From positions 29,665,631 through 29,729,630 of the forward strand of contig NC_057720.1 in NCBI RefSeq assembly GCF_004010195.1: a DNA stretch of 64,000 nucleotides, read 5' to 3'. This stretch comes from Chiloscyllium plagiosum. Taxonomy: Eukaryota. Of this stretch, positions 1 to 11,516 are shown piece after piece; within the stretch, counting starts at the first letter, position 1, and each line of letters starts with the position of its first letter. Both the position numbers and the translations under genes were made by a program. The notes beneath the pieces are model-generated. The model worked only from the letters and a program-made list of their open reading frames with translations, was not told the origin of the DNA and did no database searches.

Positions 1-24
1 CTTGCTGAGCTGTAGGTTTGATAT

Positions 25-64
25 CCAGACGTTTCATTACCTGGCTAGGTAACATCATCAGTGG
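25..64 (-). ncRNA. Minimal type I hammerhead ribozyme motif (mirror copy)
   Basis: Exact reverse complement of 271-310. Confidence 0.8.
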
Positions 65-270
65 CGACCTCCAAGTGAAGCGAAGCTGTTGTCTCCTGCT
101 TTCTATTTATATGTTTGTCCTGGATGGGTTTGTGGTGATGTCATTTCCTCTTCGTTTTCTGAACAGAAAACGATTAAGAAATGACATCACCACAAACCCC
201 AGGAACCCCATCCAGGAAAAAGATATAAATAGAAAGCAGGAGACAACAGCTTCGCTTCACTTGGAGGTCG

Positions 271-310
271 CCACTGATGATGTTACCTAGCCAGGTAATG
301 AAACGTCTGG
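271..310 (+). ncRNA. Minimal type I hammerhead ribozyme motif
   Basis: CCA-CTGATGA(274-280)-T-GTTACCT-AGCC-AGGTAAT-GAAA(300-303)-CGTC-TGG. Helix I is CCA/TGG, helix II is 7 bp with a tetraloop, helix III is the palindrome ACGT, and the GUC triplet ends at 307. Confidence 0.8.
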
Positions 311-394
311 ATATCAAAGCTACAGCTCAGCGAGCAAACCTATACCGTAAACCTCAACCTGAGCTACAAACCTTCACAAACCTTGCAAAAATAA

Positions 395-1110
395 ATGTTC
401 ATAAAGACAAATTAATGATCTGTTAAGAGGTTGGTTGGGTGTAGAAGACAGACAGTATGAATAATATGTAAATATTATCTAAATCTTCAAATATTTGTTA
501 TATTTATTAATGATTTAAGATAGAAAGATACCTTTTCAAGTTTGCCAATGACATAAAGATCATTGGTATCATAAGCTGCGAAGATGGAAACAGAACACTA
601 TAAAATTACAATTATACATTAAATGTGTGGGGGAAAATGTGGTAGGCAGATTTCAATACAGATAAGTATACAGTCATCTTTTGTGCAGCAAAAGAAATAG
701 ATCAGCACATCATTTAAATGATGAAAAGCTAGGAACAATGAAACTCCAAAGAGCTATTGAGTTATTTATTTATTGTCACATATATCTAGAAAGACAGTCA
801 AATTTGTTTTTTTGCCACAATACAGCACCATTTTCAGTTACAAAATAATAAAAAGAAATTACATGAATAGAGTTTATCTTCTGTACAAGGGTCTTAAAGT
901 ACATCTCCAGGGTTTCTGCTGGGTCTCTGCAAGGTGTAGATGTGTGGATATAGGAGATGTAGGAGTTCATGAACTTAGATCAGTAACCTGTAGGAGTCAA
1001 GTACAAAACCATCTAAAAGACCGAAGGAATGCTAACCTTTAACTACAAAACTAGAACACATAGTGGAGGATATTTTGATACAGTTAAATCAGTTAAAACA
1101 AACATTAAAA
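395..1110 (+). mobile_element. Old degraded CR1 LINE RT fragment (with a probable Rex1 3' tip inserted near 760-900)
   Basis: Decayed IFINDL / KFANDIK (FADD motif) coding remnants at ~500-560, similar to the younger CR1 at 25.5 kb. Confidence 0.55.
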
Positions 1111-1375
1111 CATACAGTTAAATCAACAAAATCAGAGGCTAAGTATTAAATGCCCCATTTGATGTATTTTCAGCAAGGGTGTTATTAAAATTCATTCAGA
1201 GAATGCGGACTTCAGTGTTTGGGGCAACTTTTATTACTAATTTTTAATTACCCTTGAGAAGATGGTGATTATGTAAAATAGGGCAGGCATCCAGCTTTCC
1301 AACCACTCCTAAACTCAACCCATAACAGAGATTGTGATCTACTGACCATATAAATAAACAATTATGGATCAAGTG

Positions 1376-1690
1376 ATTTGATATCATTTGATTTGATGAG
1401 ATCCATTCTTGCCACATGTACCATGACACAGTGAAAAGTATTGTTGTGCATGCTATTCAGGCAGGCCATATCTTACGTAAGTACATTAAGCTCAGAATGC
1501 AGAATATTGTGTTACAGCTACAGGGAGGGTGCAGAGAGAGAACAACTTTAATATTTCAGAGATCCATTCAGAAGTCTGATAAGAGCAGAGAAGAAGCTGT
1601 GCCTGAATCTATTAGTAAGTTTTCAAACTTTTATCTCTTCTGCCCGACAGAAGAGGGTGGAACAGACGGGGTGGTGTCTTTGATTATTTT
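1376..1690 (-). mobile_element. Rex1/Babar LINE 3' end
   Basis: Reverse complement similarity to 60150-60510, the 3' end of the Rex1 copy (gacacagtgaaaag; gaagaagctgt; tctcttctgcccgacagaagag). Confidence 0.7.
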
Positions 1691-1699
1691 TTGAAATTT

Positions 1700-2920
1700 T
1701 TTAAATTATTATTTCCACGCTGTATGACTTTATGAATCTAAAATAGATCTCATGGAGTAGAATTTGGTTAAACCCTGTGGAAACCTGTAGAATGACATAG
1801 ACCCAGAATAAGGATTTTAAATAAGAATGGAGAAATCCAAGTTGATTGAAGATCAGGAGAAATTTGGCAATGCTGCTGAGTAAATATTCCCAATTATCGA
1901 GATAAAAGAACCATTTCAAGATGGTGGCAGCAAAGTAGCAGTACAGAGTGTGGGCTCCTCAGCCCAGGAGTCCATATTTCATCTACTCCATTCATTTTTA
2001 CAATATTTTCTTTTCTTTCTCTGTTTTTAATGTTTCCAATCAGTATAATTAATATCAAAGCTCATCTGACCTTCATTTAACAGCTTCAGTTGAGTGCTCC
2101 TCCTGATCCAGCGACAAGGTGGTTACTGGCAGTCTGCAGCAGTGTACTCTCCCAGCATGGTGGTCTCGGCCCTGCGGAGTGGTCTCCTGACAGAGCGGTT
2201 TTGTCCCAGTGCGGTGGTCTCGTTGGTGGTCCGTCTTAATCTTCACCGAACACTTCTGGGCCAGTGCTCCAACCGCCTGGCGTGGCGTTCTTGCTCAGTA
2301 ATGTCAGTCTTGTCCTGGTGGTGTTTTCTTCAGTGGATGTTTCCAGCTCAGTGATCTGACTGCCTGGCATCTTTCGTTCAGGAGTGGTGATCTTGGCGGT
2401 GCTCTGTTTCGGTGGTATCTTTTTGGCCCAGTGTTCCCGGCATTTTGATTTCATTCTAGCATGACGTTCTCATCATGAATTGATGGTTCTCATTCCAGCT
2501 GCATTGTCTCTTGTTCGGCTTCCTCTGAGACTAGGAGCTGTTAAATAGACTTTGATGAACTTTTGTCTTAAATTTACTTTTATTGTTACTTATGAATTTA
2601 TTTATAACTCTCGTCATTAATGCAGTCATTAATGGTAGGGAAACTTATAATACCTTTTTTTGTAAAGGAACACATACATCTAATATCCAGTGACCTCTTT
2701 ACATTTAATGTTGGATGTAAAATTAGGGGAATAGATGAAACAGTTCAAATAGCACACATTTTATCTTTGGAAGTAGTAATTAGGGAGTTTCCTTTTCCTG
2801 TAGCATTATATTGGATATTTGGGAGGACTTGCAAAGTGGAAAGGAGGTATGGTTTACCTGTAGATAGCCAATCCAGATCTAATGGCAAATATACTAGCCA
2901 GTCATATTTGCATATTTTTA
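1700..2920. mobile_element. Probable degraded L1/Tx1-type LINE pieces
   Basis: AAGATGGTGGC (YY1-like L1 5' motif) at ~1918 followed by a relatively GC-rich stretch, plus weak ORF2-like remnants at 1740-1840 (+) and 2600-2920 (-). Weak pattern recognition only. Confidence 0.3.
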
Positions 2921-3122
2921 AGATTAGCTTAGATTCCCGGCAGTGTGGAAACAAGCTTATTGGCCCAACAAGTCCATACTGAACCTCTGAAGAGTAACCC
3001 ACCCAGACCCATTTCCCTCTAACTAATGCACCTAACACTATGGGCAATTTAACCAATTCGCCTGACCTGCACATCTTTGGACTGTGGGAGGAAACTGGAT
3101 CAGCTGGAGGAAATATACACAA
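2920..3122 (-). mobile_element. HE1-type SINE, 5'-truncated
   Basis: Matches the 3' half of the full copies at 27954 and 47925 (cctgacctgcacatctttggactgtgggaggaaac; attag repeat tail). Confidence 0.85.
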
Positions 3123-3929
3123 TGCCCTTTTGATGAGGACTTTGAACCTTTTAGTAAGGTTATATATTTGCTTTCTAATAGCTGTCCATGCTGTCCAGCT
3201 TTAAAGAGAGTCAAGCCCAAATTCTGAACATGAGTATTTGTTTAACAGAGGTAATTAGACATTTAATTTAATACTTCTACTTTAAACAGGTATGCTCAAT
3301 AGAAATACATTTACCTTAAACATACAAACACACACAATATTTTTTATTTAAATGCATATAGATTGAGAAAGCATACAACAGACTGAGCATGATTCCAGGC
3401 AAAATACACTCTGCTTAAATACACTTCACAGTTAAGCTTTCTTTGTACATTAAATTTAAGTCAAGAAAATCAAAATAGTCAAGTTTAGAAATCTTTGAAG
3501 AGAAGCTGCAAGCTTAAAAGAATCATTTCTGTTTCTTAAGAAGAGTGGTTTTCAAAGATTAAGGTGAAGGTGCATGTGTCACAAGACTAGTTTGGGGAAT
3601 CAAATTTATGCTGTCATTCTGAACATGATGTGACCTCCAACTGCCCCACCCAGAACTATATCTGTCACTTTCACAAACATCAAAACGAAAGAGCATCTTA
3701 CAAAAGTTTATTGACATTGTATATGTGTTAATATTTCAGGCAAGGAGGAATCACTTTTCTCTGCCATATCCTGGTTACCCTGATCTGTTTTAACTGACAA
3801 AACTACATGAGAACTGAAGTTGCCTTGATAAATGGGAAAACCTTTACAAAAAAAAGCTGCTCCAACATACATTTTTAATGGCCCGATTGTTCGATTTAAT
3901 TCCTGTGCAGGTTTTTCTTTTTAGTGTGA

Positions 3930-4900
3930 AAATAGTCATATTTTGTCCCAGATTAGTACAGATAACAGCTGACAGACTCTCCTGCTCAAGGTATTTGCTG
4001 GACATAATTCATTCATAAACCAGTAATGCAGCCATTTATCATCTGAATTTTTTCTCGCCCTCTCTGTCTCTGCTCCCGGCTCTCCTGAGTCTCTGAGCTC
4101 TGATGTATTAGCCGGCATATGCAAGCTATGAATTATCTGCTGAACAGAGTCAATTATCCACTACAGAAATGAGAGCCTGGGTGCCAATAGCCTGAAGGGG
4201 TCCTGCTGTATTTATGGTATGAAGGCAGAGAGAGAAAGAAAGAGAGAGATGGGGAGGGGGGAAATGATCACCTCCCCCAAACTACTTTCTATCAGCGACA
4301 GCTAGAGAAAGTGTTGTAACTTTTAATGCAATAATCCATTTTTATATACCATTTTTATGACTACTTTAATGGTAACATGTTTTATAATAAATCCTTCATT
4401 CTACTAACATATTTTCTGCTGTAGTGTTTCTTTCACCTTTTTTTTCTGGTCTCTGCTCAGCTTTCAGTCAAAAATTTCAGATTGACTGAAGTGACTAATA
4501 GTGTAGATAGCTAATGGAGTATTGGATAGTTTTTTTCAGTCCCCAGCTACAGGCCTATATGCCTTTGTCATGTAGAGGTACTATTGATTTTTCTCTCTCT
4601 CTCTCTGCAAACAGTGCCAAGCCCTGGCTCGTTGCTGCACAAAATCAGCACAACCTCACTGAGTGACATGAGTGACACTTAGGGAAATGAGGCCATTAGA
4701 CAGAATTATAGGGGTGTTTGATGGATCAGTAATAGGCTCTGATGATGGAATTTAACACAGACCCCACTAGGGACAGGTCTAATATACACTTCAACAGATC
4801 CCTTAATAAACCTCCTCTCAACATTTTGAGCTATGAAGTTTTAGCAGCAATAAGCTGTACTAAAAATAAAATCCTCTTTCATAGCACCAATATTTTACAG
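3930..4900. promoter_or_regulatory. Candidate conserved non-coding element / enhancer cluster
   Basis: No recognisable repeat; dense TAAT, TGACAG (~3970) and TGATGGAT (4719-4726) motifs. Conservation not tested. Confidence 0.35.
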
Positions 4901-6903
4901 TTTGAATAGTTGGTGACTGTGCATGCATGTGCCTGGTTGATGATGCACACATATATATGATTTTGATGTTTCAATGTCAGCCTTTATGTATGTCTAATAA
5001 CAACTGTACATGAATGTATAGATGCTCATTTGAATGATTACACTGTACTTGTGACTCAGTCTCATTTCTTCTTCTGATATCGGCAATCTTTTTAAGGGGT
5101 TTTGGAATAGTTCACATTTTTTTCAAAGTACTGTCGGCAGACAAAGAAGGTAAATTTGCTAAGCTTTAAATTGTTTGAAAGATTAAATCAGCACTCTCTT
5201 TATTCTTAATGTTTATTCAAGACAAGAAAATTACAGGTTAAGTGGAGACGTATGTTTTTCCCCTTTTTTTTCTCTCTTTGCAAGACAGTACTGGCTTCTG
5301 TAAATCCTCTTTTGGCTTTAATCTGAATATAAAGATGCGGAAAGGATTAAATTTTACTAGTGAATAAACCGTTTGTTCATGCCAGGATCCATTAGTCTTC
5401 TTTTCAGGTGGTTTACGTTACTTTCATTTGTTTGCCTCAAGCAGGTAGGAGGAACAAATATATGTCCAAACAAAGAAAGCTCTTAGCAATGTTTGTTGGA
5501 AGCAAAAAAAAAGATGCCATTGCTTTTATCACCATGCTGCAGTTTTGGGCTGGCTGCCGGGAAAAGATTAGATTTACAATAAATTGGAAGCCCTGAGAAT
5601 AAACTGCTCTCACACTGTTGACAGTATTGTAGAAACCAGTTACAGATCTATAAAAAAATTGCAGTCATGAATTATGTGCTTTTTGACAGGGCAAAAATAC
5701 TTGCTTTGTAGTTCATAATGTATCATGATTTGGCCTACATGGCATCACGTCAAAATAACTCTATAATCTCCAAGATCTGCATTTGGACCCAAGGTCAGAA
5801 GGTTGAGCTGTCACTGCAAGAACCAGGAAGTTGAAGTGAACTCAAATTGAGTGAGGATTCCTCTCCAATGGTTATCCTATGAAATATGCCAATTTCTTAG
5901 CACTTGGGATTCTGTTTTTGAAGTTAGCCCTGACGATGAATGTATTGTTGGGATTTGGACTCTGTGCTAAAATCAAAAGAAGGATCATTTGTGGTGTGGA
6001 ATAACCTTATTGGCAAAAACAGCAACCACTAATTTGGAATGCGAACTAATAAAATTTCTTTAAAAAATTAATATTTAACATTTCACGAATGAAAGCATGG
6101 CTCAATGTACAAGTGAAATTCTTACCGGTCTGCCTTTTCATGGGATCCTGGAACTTCTGCGGTCTTCCTTTCTTGGTTCCTTGAATCTGATCTCTTGACT
6201 CACAATGTCCTTTGAAATTTTAACTTAGTCAATTTAACTCTTAACATACATGCAAAATTTCCTTTTCAGTTTTAAGACTTCAACGCTAATTTATTAATCT
6301 ACCTTGATTGGCGTTGCACCACATTTCACATCTATTTGCTGAATGCTTTTCTCTCCTTTTCAAACTTTACACTTTTAAAGCTCTGATGGTTGATCTCTGC
6401 TGAAAAGCAGCTTACGAACAAAGAATGCTCACTTTCTCTTAAAGCAATTAGGCGTTAGTGCTAATACTATATTCTAATACTAACACCAAAGGCATGGTAA
6501 TAACTTTAGTCACCTCTGAGATTTTATGGGAACACCAAAACTTGCCACGATTCATTACTTCTGCATTTTTACTGTAACCCCCAACCTACAACTGTGCCTA
6601 CAACCAGCAATGTCACTGGCAAGTGTAATATTCACAGCAAGTGCTCTACAATTAATTTCCTGCTTTCTCTTCCAAAAAGAGTTCTCTTGTCAAGTATTTT
6701 CTTAAAGGAAATGCTACTGCTAAGACCCCTGGTAAGTGCCCTATTTTTATACACCTCACATTTTATCGGATAACATCTATAACATTCAGCATCTGTCAGA
6801 AAACCTGTGTCAAACAGCTAATAAATTCTGTTCAACCACCCATGAGTCTTGATCAATAGGAAGAGTTGGCATTGCTGCCTACCACAACTTAACATACATT
6901 CGT

Positions 6904-7775
6904 AGAGTCATAGAGTTATACGACATGAAACCAGACCCTTCGGTCCAACTAATCCATGCCAACCAAGTTTCCAAACTAAACTAGTCCCACTTTTCCATTC
7001 CTGTTCTTATCCAAATGCCTTTTAAATGTTATAAGTATATTTGCATCCATCATTTCCTCTAGCAATTCATACCATACTCTGTGTAAATAAGTTGCCTCCC
7101 ATGTCATTTTTAAAACTTTCGCCTCTCATCTTAAAAATATATCCCCTAGTTTTGAATTCACCCACCCTAGGGAAAAGACCCTTGCTATTCATCTTACCTA
7201 AGCCCTTCATGATTTTATAAACCTCTCGAAGATCACCCCTCATGCTCCTACGCTCCAGTGAAAAAGGTCCCCATTTATCAGCCTATTTTTATAACTCTAT
7301 TCATGGCAACATCGTGGTAAATCTCTTCTGAACCCTCTCCAATATAATAATATCCTTCCTATAACAGCATGACCAGAACTGCACACAGTACTTCAGAAGA
7401 GGCCTCACTAATGCCCTGAACAACCTCAACATGACATCCCAACTCCTATACTCAAAGTTCCGAGCAATGACAGCAAATGTACTAAATGCCTTCTTAACCT
7501 GTGAAGCAAATTTCAAAGAATTAAGTACCTGAACCCTAGGTATCTCTGTTCTACAATACTACTGAGAGTCTTACAATGAGTTGTGTAAGTGCTGTCCTTG
7601 TTTTTACCTCGCATTTACCCAAATTGAGCCCCAATTACCACTCCTCAACCCATTGACCCAATCGATCAAAATCTCTCTGTAATCTTAGATAACCTTCTTC
7701 ACTGTCCAATAAACAAACAATTTTGGTGTCATCCGCAAACTTACTAACCATGCCTCATATATTCTCATCCAAATA
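6904..7775 (-). mobile_element. CR1 LINE 3' fragment (RT C-terminus + 3' UTR)
   Basis: ORF 7301-7516 encodes LVRPLLKYCVQFW..LERVQKRFT; KFADDTK at ~7720-7745; agagtcatagag tail. Confidence 0.9.
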
Positions 7776-8199
7776 GCCAACAGTGAGAGTGCTATTGGAT
7801 TCCCTACAGCAACCTAACCTTAACTTGTACCATCTTAACCTCAGGCCATTCCCCAAGTGATTGATTGATTTCTGTTTACAGCCAATACTCGACCCACTGA
7901 AGCCTAAATCCAAATGCGTATCAACTGCAACCTCAGTACAAAGAAATGTCAATGTAAAGATCTCATTATAGTATTTCAATAATACATACAAATCAAGGAT
8001 TTCTATCGGTAAATCTAAAATAGTGAAATTTGATAACCTAAGCCTTATTAATTGTACAAATGTATCATTAAAGTACTTTATAACAGATGCCTCTTCAATT
8101 TTGAGGAGGATCAAGGTTGAAAGTTTAATGAGTTTGGATTAGAATCCTCTTCTTGGAATAAGAATCTTCTAATCCTTAAATTGGTCAAAGTTCAACAGT

Positions 8200-9010
8200 T
8201 TCAACCCAATTGCCTGACAGAAAACTGTCAAAAATGTAATCTTGTTGAGAGGTATGCTTTGAGATATCACAGGAAATTTATGAAACAGAAGTAAAGACAC
8301 ACCATTCTTTATGCATACTCCTCCATTGTTATTTGTTCTTGCAATAAAAAGCAAATAAAATGTCGTAAACTCAGTGAAATAATGATAATGACAACTATTG
8401 ACATTGTCTCAAATGAATCATGGCAATTATGAAAGAATACATTTGAGACAATGTCAATAGTTATTGTGAATGTAACCATCAGGATGGAACAGAACACACT
8501 AAGGAAGGGACGTAATGTTATATTTATGTTGAAATTTCATTAGACCACCCTTGGAGTACAGCTAGGAGTACAGGTGGTGGTTAGCACAATTGGCTAGACA
8601 GCTGGTTTACTATCTAGAATGGTGCCAAACATGTGGGTTCAATTCCTTCACTGGCTGAGGTACTGCAGGCCTAATCCTTTCAACCTCAGCCATTGCCTGA
8701 GACCCTCAGGTTCAGTTGTTCCTCTTTCTAATGAGAGAGTGGGCCTATGGTGACCTTGCTTTTTACTGTATGTGGTAAAGGTTTATACACCACAAAAACA
8801 CTGGTGAAAAGTATGCTACCAAATTGAAGGGTGACAATGATCAGAAAAGATTCCTAGAAAAGAAAAAACTAAGAGAAGATCTGATTTATAGGGTTTTAAA
8901 ATTTTGAAGTGGATTGTTAGGATGGACTTGAAGAAAGTATTTTCACTTGTGGATGAAGGTTGGGCAAGGGAACAGGAATATAAATAGCCAGAAAATCAAA
9001 TTATGATAAA
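8200..9010 (+). mobile_element. Very old CR1 fragment interrupted by a tRNA-derived SINE (~8572-8765)
   Basis: attagaccacccttggagtac (IRPPLEY) at ~8540; the insert has A-box-like and GGTTCAATTCC B-box-like motifs (8636-8646). Confidence 0.5.
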
Positions 9011-10026
9011 ATTTTAATGTTTTAAATATAATTTCATAAATAAAATAAAATTTCTTGATAAATTAAGAATCTGTTCAGAAAAGGACCAGAAATCCTCTTG
9101 AAATTAAGGCAAATACTCCGTTGATTTTTTATTTACCACGAATATCAGCTTTCAATTATTTGTACATATAGACGCCTATGTTCTTCCATGGTTCTTAGCC
9201 TCAATGATAAACAGAGCTGATGGCATCCAGTGTTACTGAAAGTGTTGAGGATAATGATATGTTTCTGCTTCATGTGCCATCTCAACCTCTAGTCCATCCT
9301 TATTCTGATAAGCAAATTGATGATCATGCCACAGTGGACCTCCCACCTCTCATCCCTCACATTAGCCTTCCCTTTTTGAGCTCCTGCTTTCAGGAAAACA
9401 GCCACTTGCCTACCTACAGAAGCCAGCTAGAGGAGAAAAGAGAACAGCATAACAACTAATGACAAGACTTGATCAGGCATTCACAACAAACAACTCAGAT
9501 ATTAGCATGGGGTGAATGATCAACTGTGGCTACAACAATAAGAGGATTCGTAACTATTGTAAATAATAGGTCAACATAAATAATTGCAGGGTGATGTAGA
9601 GTAAATGTTTAACTGTGCTAAAAACAATAGCCACTGAGCTTGTGTTTAAGAAACTTAGTCAAGATGACATTAAATCACATGAAGCTAAGACCTGTTGGAA
9701 GAAGCAACTTAGTGTAGCCCTGCTCCACCATGTTTCCAAATATAGGCAATAAATGTTTGCGCCAGCCTTCTGTTCAGTCCTCATCTATTCCAAGTTCCTA
9801 GACGCTGCTACTGATATTCCTCTAACAACTAGCTCCAGCATAAATGATTGCTAATTTGTTAGCTCTTTGAAGGGTGAATTTACAGAGAGTCCAATTATGG
9901 GGGACTTAGATGAGAAACTTAATGGGATGGCACACAAAGATGCTGGGTGTATTGACAGGCTTGCCACACAGTGCTTTGTGATTGTTAAGGAATGGTGGGG
10001 AGAATAGCTTCAACTTAGGCTTGAGT

Positions 10027-10249
10027 TACAGTCAGTTCTTCTACAACGCATTGGTTGTGTTCTCATGCATTCCTGCATTATAGAAAGATTGCGCTTTAAA
10101 AACAATGCTTAAAGTGTTAGCACTGTGATTGCGTTATAGCCAACACATGTTTTAAAGGTTCACGCTGTAAAAACAGCGTCCCCAATTCGTCAATTGTGTT
10201 ACAGCAAATTCGCATTGACAAAATGTGCGTTATAACGGAAGAATCTGTA
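10027..10249. mobile_element. Tigger/pogo-like MITE
   Basis: TA-flanked imperfect terminal inverted repeats: tacagtcagttcttctacaacgca vs reverse complement tacagattcttccgttataacgca (16/24). Internal GCGTTATA-type repeats. Confidence 0.6.
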
Positions 10250-10713
10250 TTGTGAAAACCTGCCCTTTCTGCAGCCTCTGCTCCAACTCTGTGAGGTTTA
10301 CAGACTGAGAAGTACTACTACTGTGATCCCTGTACCTAGTGCAGCCTTTGTGAACACATCACCTCATCTTCTCTCTTTATTGTGTGGATTTAACAAAACT
10401 GCTCGTCAAAACAGAAATTCATCACATATCGTCCAAAAGTATTTCACAGCACGTTAAGACATTTTGCATTAGCAGAAGTTCTTAAAAACTATCCAGCCTC
10501 TAAGTTGGGTGCCTAGTGGTTCAATAATAGTAGTGCAGGTGAACATCTCATTTTGAGAATCATTTTGGGAGGTGCTGATGTAGGTTTGTTCAAGATACCA
10601 TATCAGTTGCATGAAACTATGATCTTGTGCTATAAATTCTGTGTCTTATGATCCTGCCCCACCAGCTACCTGACGAAGGAGCAGCACTGCCAAACTTTAC
10701 TTCTTTCAAATAA

Positions 10714-10953
10714 TACTCATGATTCGGAGATGCCGGTGTTGGACTGGGGTATACAAAGTTAAAAATCACACAACACCAGGTTATAGTCCAACAGGTTTAA
10801 TTGGAAGCACACTAGCTTTTGGAGCGATGCTCCTTCATCAGGTGATTGTGGAGGGCTCGATCCACAATCACCTGATGAAGGAGCATCGCTCCGAAAGCTA
10901 GTGTGCTTCCAATTAAACCTGTTGGACTATAACCTGGTGTTGTGTGATTTTTA
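10714..10953. mobile_element. Fold-back PLE mini-element (family B) with 15-bp TSD
   Basis: Arms 10756-10852 and 10861-10957 (97 bp, 1 mismatch). TSD acttctttcaaataa at 10699-10713 and 10954-10968. Unpaired 42-nt tail at 10714-10755. Confidence 0.9.
10869..10903 (+). ncRNA. Minimal hammerhead ribozyme motif
   Basis: CAC-CTGATGA(10872-10878)-A-GGAGC-ATC-GCTCC-GAAA(10893-10896)-GCTA-GTG. Helix I is CAC/GTG and helix III is the palindrome AGCT. The mirror copy at 10810-10844 (-) has GAAA changed to AAAA. Confidence 0.8.
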
Positions 10954-10991
10954 ACTTCTTTCAAATAAACCTGTTGGACCATAACCTGTAG

Positions 10992-11516
10992 TTATAGAGT
11001 CATAGAGATGTACAGCATGAAACAGACTCTTCGGTCCAACCCGTCCATGCCGACCAGATATCCCAACCCAATCTAGTCCCACCTGCCAGCACATGGCCCA
11101 AACCTTTCCTATTCATATACCCATCCAAATGCCTCTTAAATGTTGCAATTGTACCAGCCTCCATCACTTCCTCTGGCAGCTCATTCTATACCCGTACCAC
11201 CCTCTGTGTGAAAAGGTTTCCCCTTTGGTCTCTTTTATATCTTTCCCCTCTCACCCTAAACCTATGCTCTCTAGTTCTGGATTCCCCGACCCCAGGGAAA
11301 AGACTTTGCCTATGGAAAACTGCCCCAGCCTGTTCAGCCTCCCCCTATAACTCCAATCTTCCAACCCTGGCAACATCCTTGTAAATCTTTTCTGAACCCT
11401 TTCAAGTTTCACAACATCTTTCCGATAGGAAGGAGACCAGAATTGCACGCAATATTCCAACAGTGGCCTAACCAATGTCCTGTACAGCCGCAACATCACC
11501 TCCCAACTCCTGTACT
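10992..11516 (-). mobile_element. CR1 LINE 3' fragment, internally deleted near 11310
   Basis: ORF 11251-11499 LYRTLVRPLLEYCVQFWSPSYRKDVVKLERVQKRFTRMLPGL; catagag tail. Confidence 0.92.

Larger units (their letters stand above)
1..387. mobile_element. Penelope-like element 3' terminal repeat (family C) in fold-back arrangement, hammerhead core on each arm; left arm cut by window edge
   Basis: 1-161 is the reverse complement of 164-334 (2-nt loop AA, a few mismatches, one ~9-10 nt indel). Each arm has CTGATGA..GAAACGTC. The + arm continues to ~387. The PLE assignment is by analogy to the other HHR-bearing ends in the window; no linked ORF is seen here. Confidence 0.75.
10580..10988 (+). mobile_element. 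Older PLE 3' end (family B) with decayed hammerhead (10670-10699), split by a younger same-family insertion
   Basis: ctgacgaaggagcagcactgccaaac, with the continuation acctgttggaccataacctg after the duplicated target site. Confidence 0.75.

Noticed and set aside
3130..3900. Possible old LTR relic (also 43830-44200)
   Set aside because: Only a compositional impression; no termini or TSD found.
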